Origin: Vampirovibrionaceae bacterium NZW_1234
Lineage (GTDB): Bacteria > Cyanobacteriota > Vampirovibrionia > Vampirovibrionales > JAGQHJ01
Assembly (NCBI GenBank): GCA_041697335.1
Contig: JBGUGD010000016.1
Span: 148,267-212,266 of the forward strand
DNA length: 64,000 nucleotides
Reading direction: 5' to 3'
Position numbers and translations under genes: made by a program. The notes under the pieces were generated by a model, which saw only the letters and a list, made by a program, of their open reading frames with translations, had not been told where the DNA came from and ran no database searches. This document shows positions 57,115 through 64,000 of this stretch, piece by piece (within the stretch, counting starts at the first letter, position 1; the number at the start of each line of letters is the position of its first letter).

Positions 57115-57846
57115 CTAGCGATCAAACAGGTTGAGCAGCAGTTGCGTTAAGGTCGGTTTTACCGGTGGCGGGTCTATGGGTGGTTTGCCGGGAGATCGGA
57201 TTGGCGTTGCCTGCACCGGGTTTTTGCCAGAGGCGCTTTGCAAGGCTTCCAGTTCGGCTTCGTACAAGCGGATCCGGTGGGTTGAACTCATCAGGCGTCG
57301 CTGGTATTTGTAGTCCGGAACAAACTGCTTGACCTGCTGCCAGAAGGCCGGGGAGTGATCGGGTACGTTGAGGTGGGCCAGCTCATGAATGATCAGGTAG
57401 GTCAGTGCCGACTCCGGGACTCGGGTCAGGGAGTGGCGTGACACGGTCATCATCTGGGTGCGCAGGTTCATTTGAGCCAGGCGGGTATATTTGGCATGGC
57501 CGATGCGAACCCCTTTTAAGGGCACCCGTAACGTGCGTTCGTTGAGGTCGGTGACCCATTGCTGAAGGTCCTTCGCATGGTCAAAGGTAACCAGGGGGCT
57601 GGTGGTTGTGGCCAGGAGGTCAAAGTCCCGCTCAAATTCGCGCTGAATCCGCTGACTGAGTTCTCGGGTGACCTTCTGTTGGTAGTCTTTTCTCCAGTGC
57701 CTGGGCATTACAATCTCGATGGCGCCCTGGCGAATCTGGGCGGATGCGGTTTTTCGACGTGTCACCTGCTCTATTCGTATGGGAAGCTGAGGGGCTTCAA
57801 CGACCGGGGTGAACTCTCTATCCAGATGGGTTTCCATAAAAACCAT
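57115..57846 (-). CDS. YgjP/M48-like zinc metallopeptidase
   Basis: YLIIHELAHL...HSPAFW. Confidence 0.85.
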   Translation of the reverse strand: MVFMETHLDREFTPVVEAPQLPIRIEQVTRRKTASAQIRQGAIEIVMPRHWRKDYQQKVTRELSQRIQREFERDFDLLATTTSPLVTFDHAKDLQQWVTDLNERTLRVPLKGVRIGHAKYTRLAQMNLRTQMMTVSRHSLTRVPESALTYLIIHELAHLNVPDHSPAFWQQVKQFVPDYKYQRRLMSSTHRIRLYEAELEALQSASGKNPVQATPIRSPGKPPIDPPPVKPTLTQLLLNLFDR

Positions 57847-58802
57847 TAACGGGGCCTGCTGCTGGGCAGAGGTTCCTCCGAGCTAAGATATTGTCGAGCT
57901 TGAATACAATCCAATTGGACTTGTTGAATCAGGGCATCGACACTGGCGAAGGTCTGCTCGTCTCTCAACCGAATCAAAAATTCAAAGGCCACCGTCTGGC
58001 CGTAGAGATCGCCCTCAAAGTCCAACAGATGGACTTCGACACGGGGCTGGGTCTGATCGCCAAAGGTTGGGGCCAGGCCGATGTTGCAGACGGCTGCGTG
58101 GCGCTGTGGCGTTTCTCCAATCTGTGCAAACCCGGCATAAACGCCCTTGGCCGGAACCAGGCGATCGCCTTTGGGATGAATGTTGGCTGTCGGGAAACCG
58201 ATGGTTCGGCCCCGCTCCATGCCGGATTGGACCAGCCCGGATAAGCGGTAGGGTTGCCCCAAAAGTTGGTTGGCCTTAGCCAGATCGCCGTAGCTGAGAA
58301 GCTTGCGGATTAACGTACTGCTGACAATCTGTTGATCCACGCGAACAGGTTCAATGATGTCGACATCAAAGCCCAGGGTGGCCCCTTTTCGTTTCAGAAA
58401 ATCGCCATCCCCTCGTCGGCCTTGGCCAAACCGGTGATCGTAGCCGATGCTGACGGCTTTCACCTGCAATGTGTCCAGCAAGATGGTTTGAACAAAGTCA
58501 TCGGCGTTCAGGTCCCGAATGTCTGGGGTGAAGTCCAGAACCAGGGCCGCATCGAAGCCCATCTGAGCAAAGGCAGCCAGGCGCTCATCCAGGGAGGATA
58601 AGAGCTGGGTTGGGGTTTGGGAGATCACCGATTGTGGGTGATTGGCAAAGGTAAAGACCACGCTGTTCAGGCCCTGGATTTTACTGACCCGAAGGGCTTG
58701 TTCCAGCACCATGCGGTGGCCCGCGTGGATGCCATCAAACATGCCAATGGCACAGGCCGAAGGGCCAAGCTTTACTTCTGTTAATTGACGAAAGCATTTC
58801 AT
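57846..58802 (-). CDS. ribF: Bifunctional riboflavin kinase/FAD synthetase
   Basis: GMFDGIHAGH, SSTLIR, GRTIGFPTAN, EVHLLDF. Confidence 0.96.
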   Translation of the reverse strand: MKCFRQLTEVKLGPSACAIGMFDGIHAGHRMVLEQALRVSKIQGLNSVVFTFANHPQSVISQTPTQLLSSLDERLAAFAQMGFDAALVLDFTPDIRDLNADDFVQTILLDTLQVKAVSIGYDHRFGQGRRGDGDFLKRKGATLGFDVDIIEPVRVDQQIVSSTLIRKLLSYGDLAKANQLLGQPYRLSGLVQSGMERGRTIGFPTANIHPKGDRLVPAKGVYAGFAQIGETPQRHAAVCNIGLAPTFGDQTQPRVEVHLLDFEGDLYGQTVAFEFLIRLRDEQTFASVDALIQQVQLDCIQARQYLSSEEPLPSSRPR

Positions 58803-58931
58803 AGGGGTACGTTGCAATTCGGGATACTACGCTTATTTTACACAGATAACAGTTTCAGGTCATCCTCATTGGGAATCAAACCCAGACCCGGGGGAAAATT
58901 GTGTGCCCGACATGTCGGGGTTGAGGTGGTG

Positions 58932-59143
58932 GTGAGTCAAAATGACCTTTGGGGTTTTGCCTCGTTTTAGCTCACTTTTGCTCAGGTGAGTAATTTTTGT
59001 TTGAGGTTTTGCCTCGTTTTAGCTCACTTTTGCTCAGGTGAGTAATTTTTGTTTGAGGTTTTACCTTGTTTTAGCTCACTTTTGCTCAGGTGAGTAATTT
59101 TTGTTGGGGGTTTTTGCTTCGTTTTGACTCACGTTGACTCAAG
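58932..59143. repeat. About 3.6 tandem copies of a 52-bp unit, bounded by 11-bp inverted repeats
   Basis: Units start at 58953, 59005, 59057, 59109; GTGAGTCAAAA 58932-58942 and TTTTGACTCAC 59122-59132. Confidence 0.9.
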
Positions 59144-59441
59144 GGTGTCTTGATTTAGGGGATTGGGTTGTATGGACCCTGGGAGGAGATGGAATCGGAA
59201 ACGGGAATGGATTTATATCTTTATTATATCATTAAAACTGTTATGGGTAGCCAATCTTAAGGATTTTTTTGGCTTTTGGCTTGTCTCTGTCAGCTTCTCG
59301 GGGATCGGGACAACGGGGTGAGGGTAGTAATTTGGACTCAAATTTGAATCTTTAGAAATACGTTGAACAATGGAGCCTCGATTTTGAATCCATTCGTATG
59401 ATGGCCTTAAGAGTGGTATTGCTGAATGAGAGAGTTAGACA

Positions 59442-60281
59442 ATGGTTGTAAAAACTGCGCCCCAAAAACAGGCCCCCAAACAAAAGGCCTATAACGATAT
59501 TGATTTGAACCGTTGGAAAGAGTATGACGAGATCCTCACCGACAGTCTCTGGACCATTCCGTCCCGGGAGCGTTCGGCGGGTCATCAACTGGATTACCAT
59601 GGCAACTGTGTCCCCCAGATCCTGACCCAGATGTTGCAGCGCTACACCCGCCAAGGCGACACCATGGTCGACTTCTTCCTGGGATCTGGGACCTCGGCCA
59701 TTGAAGCCCATCGCCTGGAGCGCAACTGTATCGGGGTGGAAATCCAACCGGCCATGGCCGAATACGTTCAGGACAAGATTGATACTTTAGGGGCCACCCA
59801 GACCACCCGCATTATCAACGGCGACAGTGCCGATAAAATCTGGACCGGCAAAAAAATTCGGGATGCCTTGGCCACGTTTAACCTGACAAAGAGCCATTTT
59901 GCCTTTTTGCATCCTCCCTATGCCGATATTATTCGCTTTTCCCAGCTTGAAAACGATCTGTCCAACCAGGAGTCCACCGAAGGCTTTTTGGATGGCTTTG
60001 AGAAAGTGGCCGCGCTGGCTTATGACACCCTGGAAGAGGGTCGGTTTGCAGCCCTGGTCATTGGGGACAAGTATGCCAATGGCGAGCTGGTGCCGCTGGG
60101 CTTTTACTGTATGGACCGCATGAACCGGGTGGGCTTTAAAACCAAGTCCATCATCGTTAAAAATATGACGGGCAATGAGAAAGGCAAAGGCCGGACGGCC
60201 AACCTGTGGCGCTATCGGGCGCTGGCGGGAGGGTTCTATCTCTTCAAGCACGAGTATGTCATTGTCTTTCAAAAACCCTAG
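59442..60281 (+). CDS. Orphan amino (N4/N6)-type DNA methyltransferase
   Basis: DFFLGSGTS motif I followed by HPPY catalytic motif. Confidence 0.85.
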   Translation: MVVKTAPQKQAPKQKAYNDIDLNRWKEYDEILTDSLWTIPSRERSAGHQLDYHGNCVPQILTQMLQRYTRQGDTMVDFFLGSGTSAIEAHRLERNCIGVEIQPAMAEYVQDKIDTLGATQTTRIINGDSADKIWTGKKIRDALATFNLTKSHFAFLHPPYADIIRFSQLENDLSNQESTEGFLDGFEKVAALAYDTLEEGRFAALVIGDKYANGELVPLGFYCMDRMNRVGFKTKSIIVKNMTGNEKGKGRTANLWRYRALAGGFYLFKHEYVIVFQKP

Positions 60282-60323
60282 ACAGCTTCCCCCTCTAAAT
60301 TCCTATCCAACCTATCACTACAG

Positions 60324-60353
60324 AGACTCTCCGGCTTTGACCGGGGAGTCTTT
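60324..60353 (+). terminator. Terminator after the methyltransferase
   Basis: AGACTCTCCGG / CCGGGGAGTCT followed by TT. Confidence 0.65.
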
Positions 60354-60374
60354 CGCTAAAAACCCCTTCCAAAG

Positions 60375-60512
60375 AAAAAAGCCTCTGGCTTTTTGCCGTT
60401 GGCTTAGTAGGAACTGCGTTGGATATGTAGGTTACTAGGTGAGGTTTAAACTTGTCTTTGCGGGGGAGTGGTGGGACCCAGATATCCGATTCAATGAATC
60501 AACAAGTCCCTA
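60375..60512 (-). ncRNA. Candidate small RNA
   Basis: TATACT at 60525-60520, 5' hairpin GGGAC...GTCCC, terminator AAAAAGCC-AGA-GGCTTTTTT. Confidence 0.4.
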
Positions 60513-60638
60513 TAGTTTTAGTATAGATATGAAATAGCCCATTTCTGGAAAACCACCTAATTTTTTAACCACTGTAAACAAATGCTTTAGGCGGGCAGAA
60601 ACGGGCTTTTGATTTTCTAAAGACTCGTAAAGAGGAGA

Positions 60639-60929
60639 TTAAGAGACGCCGTCGGGTTTGCCTAACTCGGACAGCGCCATGAGAATCTTTTGCAAGGCAA
60701 CCTGGCCAGCATCAATAATGGCAGCAGAGCCTTTTTTGCGAACCAAGTCCTCATTCATCGGTTCTTCCCCAGGTGTCAGTTGACCCTGTTGTTCCAGATT
60801 GCGCAAGATTTGTGCCACCCCGGAAGTCCCAAACACGCGTAAGCCCTCATGGGCAACATCCGTATCGGTATTGGTTTCTTTCTGGGGGCGTTGGGTCGTG
60901 GTGCCAAAGGTAACGGCGCGAAGCTGCAT
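60639..60929 (-). CDS. Small hypothetical protein (MQLRAVTFG N-terminus)
   Basis: AGGAG SD before ATG 60929. Confidence 0.6.
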   Translation of the reverse strand: MQLRAVTFGTTTQRPQKETNTDTDVAHEGLRVFGTSGVAQILRNLEQQGQLTPGEEPMNEDLVRKKGSAAIIDAGQVALQKILMALSELGKPDGVS

Positions 60930-61178
60930 ATAAAGAAATCTCCTGTATGGGTTCGATTCTGAGGTCAAGTTTCAATATCTTGTATTGTATAAACCCCTCA
61001 AGCCTGATCATTGCCTAAGGGTAGTAAAATGTAAAGTGTTCGTAACCTCACCTTCATAAGGCCATCCCTTGGGATGCTCGGATGAGGCTGTCGCACTCTC
61101 ATGTGGTTTCAGGATGCCGGGGTCAAGGGCAAGGGCGTATAATAGTCTCAGCATACGGTAGACGACGAGGGTTCTTCG

Positions 61179-61940
61179 ATGGCAGGTCATTCTAAATGGG
61201 CCAATATCAAGCATCGTAAAATGGCGCAGGACGCCAAGAAAGGCCAAGCCTACGCCAAATTCACCCGGGAAATCATTATGGCTACCAAGCTTGGCGGGCC
61301 GGATGTCGCGGGTAATTTTCGTCTGAGAACGGCCATTGAGCGGGCCAAAGCCTCCGGCTTGCCCAATGACACTATTGAACGGGCCATTGCCAAAGGGGCC
61401 GGGAAATTGGCCGCCGATCAGGTCGAAGACTTGACCTATGAAGGCTATGGGCCTGGCGGGGTGGCCATCCTGATTGAAGCCGTTACCGATAACCGCAACC
61501 GGACGGCGGGGGACATTCGCAGTTACTTTAACAAGTATCATGGCAACCTGGGTGAAACCGGCTGTGTGGGTTGGATGTTTGAAGCCAAAGGCCAAATCCA
61601 TGTGCCGGCTCAAGGGGTCACCGAAGATAGCTTGCTGGAAATTGCTTTGGACAGCGGTGCTGAGGATGTTCATTTTGACGAAGAACAACAGGTTTTTGAA
61701 CTCTGGACCCAGCCGGACAGCTTGAACGCTGTTTGCCAAGCCCTTCAAGCCAATAGCATCACCATTCTGTCGGCCGAAGCCACCCGGATTCCCCAAACCA
61801 CCGTTTCGGTCACCGACCCTGAGCAAGCCAAGCCTTTACTCAAGCTCTTGGATCTGATTGAATCCCATGATGACGTGCAGAACGTCTATGCCAACCTGGA
61901 CATGGATGAGGCTTTGCTCGAGGTATGTTCCCCGCGTTAA
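61179..61940 (+). CDS. yebC: YebC/PmpR family protein
   Basis: MAGHSKWANIKHRK, YEGYGPGG, TDNRNRT. Confidence 0.96.
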   Translation: MAGHSKWANIKHRKMAQDAKKGQAYAKFTREIIMATKLGGPDVAGNFRLRTAIERAKASGLPNDTIERAIAKGAGKLAADQVEDLTYEGYGPGGVAILIEAVTDNRNRTAGDIRSYFNKYHGNLGETGCVGWMFEAKGQIHVPAQGVTEDSLLEIALDSGAEDVHFDEEQQVFELWTQPDSLNAVCQALQANSITILSAEATRIPQTTVSVTDPEQAKPLLKLLDLIESHDDVQNVYANLDMDEALLEVCSPR

Positions 61941-63355
61941 CCCCGGAAAACCTGGCCCGGTTCCGATCGCTCTACACCCGATTGGCCCCGGATTATCCCC
62001 ACAGTGTGCTTTTGGACTCCTGTGGCTGGCAAGGCAAAACCGGTGGCTTTTACCTGATGGGCTTTGAAGCCCAGCGCGTCATTCAGCTTCAAGGCCAGCA
62101 GCTTCTGGTCAATGGTCGGCCCTGGAAGCGGGTGGAGGATGCTGCTTCTCTGTGGATGAGTCTTGAGAGCCTGTTTCGACAATCCCACCCTACCCTCGAA
62201 GAGCCTCCGATCTATCGTGGCTTTCGTCAAGGTTGGGTTGGGGCACTGGGCTATGAGTTAAATGCTCTCCTTGAACCCTCCCTTGCCGCCCGCGCGTGCC
62301 AGAACCCCATGGGTGAAGCTTACTGGGTGGATTTTCGCCATCGCATCTGCTGGCTTCCCGACGAAGGGGTGTTTGACATTCTGTCTCCCGATCCCCATTG
62401 GGTCGCTCGGGTCAAGGCCATGGTGGCCGAGGTGGAGCAGCTATCCGATGCGGCATTACTTCACCCCCAATGGTCTCAAGAAACACGGCCTCCTGTGGGT
62501 GAACCTCAGGTTTCCATGACACCCGAGGCCTTTGCCCAAGGGGTGATGCAGATTCAGGAGCATATTCGCCAGGGGAATCTCTACCAGGCCAACTTGTCCT
62601 TGCGATTCTCAGTTGCAGATGTCTCACCGTCCCAGCTGATGCCCCTCTATCATGCGCTGGTGACTCAGAACCCCTCGCCTTTTTCAGGTGTCTTCTGGAC
62701 CCCGGAGGGCGTTATTGTCTCTAATTCCCCCGAGCGTCTCGTCAAGGCCGATGCTCAAACCCAGATCGTAGAGGCTCGTCCCATTGCCGGCACCCGAGGC
62801 CGGGGGAAAACCGAGGCTGAAGACCAGGCCATCGCCCATACTTTGAATACCGATGTCAAGGAACAGGCCGAACACTTGATGCTGGTGGATCTGGAGCGAA
62901 ACGATCTGGGCCGGGTCTGTGTGGCCGGTTCCGTCCATGTGCCTGAACTGGCTGTTTTGGAACGCTATTCCCATGTGACCCATATTGTCAGCCAGGTGGA
63001 AGGTGAGAAACGGCCTGAGGTCACCCCATGGCAGATTCTGGATGCCCTGTTTCCGGGTGGCACCATTACCGGGTGCCCGAAAATCCGCTGCATGCGTATC
63101 CTCCATGATCTGGAACCGGTGCCGAGAGGCTTTTATACCGGAGGCCTTGGGTATATCGATGTGAGCGGCAATCTGGATGTCAACATTTTGATTCGAAGCC
63201 TGTTTCACTGGCCAAATGGGCAGTTGCACTACCATGCCGGGGCGGGCATCGTTGCAGATTCCGTGCCCGTGTGGGAATATCGAGAGTGTTTACGAAAGGC
63301 CCAAGTCATTCAAGGAGTGTTACGCCATCATGACCACCTCACCGGCACCCCATGA
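61925..63355 (+). CDS. Chorismate-binding enzyme component I (ADC synthase PabB or anthranilate synthase TrpE family)
   Basis: SPERL, PIAGTR, AEHLMLVDLERNDLGRVC, PGGTITGCPK, AGAGIV. Confidence 0.9.
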   Translation: MFPALTPENLARFRSLYTRLAPDYPHSVLLDSCGWQGKTGGFYLMGFEAQRVIQLQGQQLLVNGRPWKRVEDAASLWMSLESLFRQSHPTLEEPPIYRGFRQGWVGALGYELNALLEPSLAARACQNPMGEAYWVDFRHRICWLPDEGVFDILSPDPHWVARVKAMVAEVEQLSDAALLHPQWSQETRPPVGEPQVSMTPEAFAQGVMQIQEHIRQGNLYQANLSLRFSVADVSPSQLMPLYHALVTQNPSPFSGVFWTPEGVIVSNSPERLVKADAQTQIVEARPIAGTRGRGKTEAEDQAIAHTLNTDVKEQAEHLMLVDLERNDLGRVCVAGSVHVPELAVLERYSHVTHIVSQVEGEKRPEVTPWQILDALFPGGTITGCPKIRCMRILHDLEPVPRGFYTGGLGYIDVSGNLDVNILIRSLFHWPNGQLHYHAGAGIVADSVPVWEYRECLRKAQVIQGVLRHHDHLTGTP

Positions 63356-63872
63356 AACCGTCATTTTTACCCAGGACGACATTGAGCGGACCCTGAAACG
63401 GCTCACCCATGAGTTACTGGAGGCCAACCAAGGGGCGTCGAACCTCGTATTGATTGGGATCTTAACCCGGGGGAAATACCTGGCCCAACGGGTCGCCGCC
63501 TTGATTGAATCCTTTGAAGGGACCAAAGTCCCGCAAGGGGTTGTGGACATTACCCTGTACCGTGATGATGCCGATAAAACCTTTAAAAATGCCCAACAAA
63601 GCCAAATGCCCGTCGATATTACCGGCAAGACCGTCATCCTCATCGATGACGTGATCTTTAGCGGCCGCACCATCCGGGCTGCCCTCGATGCCTTGAACGA
63701 CTACGGCCGCCCGGCCTCGGTCCAATTGATGGTCCTTCTCGATCGCGGCCACCGGGAACTGCCCATCAGCCCCAACTACGTCGGCAAAAACGTGCCGACC
63801 TCCAAATCCGAACGCGTCAACGTCTCCCTACGCGAAATCGACCACGCCGAGCAGGTGACGTTGTCTAAATAA
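63330..63872 (+). CDS. pyrR: PyrR uracil phosphoribosyltransferase/attenuation protein
   Basis: DITLYRDD, DDVIFSGRTIRAA, DRGHRELPI, VGKNVPT. Confidence 0.96.
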   Translation: MTTSPAPHETVIFTQDDIERTLKRLTHELLEANQGASNLVLIGILTRGKYLAQRVAALIESFEGTKVPQGVVDITLYRDDADKTFKNAQQSQMPVDITGKTVILIDDVIFSGRTIRAALDALNDYGRPASVQLMVLLDRGHRELPISPNYVGKNVPTSKSERVNVSLREIDHAEQVTLSK

Positions 63873-64000
63873 CCCGTTTTCGCTCTCAATAAATGGGGGC
63901 GTTCCCCCAAAACCCCCCCAAAGGGCCCCCAGGGCCCAAGGACACCCCCTCGGGGTATTTGGGGGGGGGCCATTACCGAGCCAAAGTTATGGTTCAATAA

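Noticed and set aside
58953..59143. CRISPR array
   Set aside because: Units are contiguous near-identical 52-mers with no unique spacers, and there are no cas genes in the window
61008..61826. 272-aa minus-strand ORF
   Set aside because: Antisense to the well-conserved yebC

Overview
Bacterial chromosomal window. I infer a non-photosynthetic cyanobacterial relative (Melainabacteria/Vampirovibrionia-like) from cyanobacteria-like housekeeping proteins, the absence of photosynthesis genes, and a CheX-containing chemotaxis operon; this was not confirmed by any search. It contains housekeeping genes (msrA, corA, sodC, fumC, slyD, dam, truB, nadK, polA, dprA, kdsA, dnaN-recF-dciA, ctpA, ribF, pyrR), a cheA-W-B-R-Y-X-Y operon without a receptor, two tRNAs (Gly-CCC, Thr-CGT) and a probable oriC upstream of dnaN with no dnaA beside it. 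The most striking region is 33.8-39.4 kb. Three co-oriented, separately terminated, low-complexity orphan genes share a near-identical translation leader (GAGTTAGGAGTTT; 19 nt identical in two of them) and a two-part upstream motif at fixed spacing. Their proteins carry harpin-like Met-rich helices, and one has polyproline plus a GDPH domain. A long 3' UTR in the cluster has a segment complementary to the shared leader. With several other orphans bearing similar N-terminal motifs, this suggests a co-regulated set of non-Sec-secreted effectors (inference). Other oddities are a stand-alone RelA/SpoT-like synthetase with a small upstream ORF, probable pseudo-enzymes, a Clp/FtsH-like chimeric AAA ATPase, two inverted-repeat-bounded non-coding elements and a candidate sRNA. 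No CRISPR array, integrase or transposase was seen.
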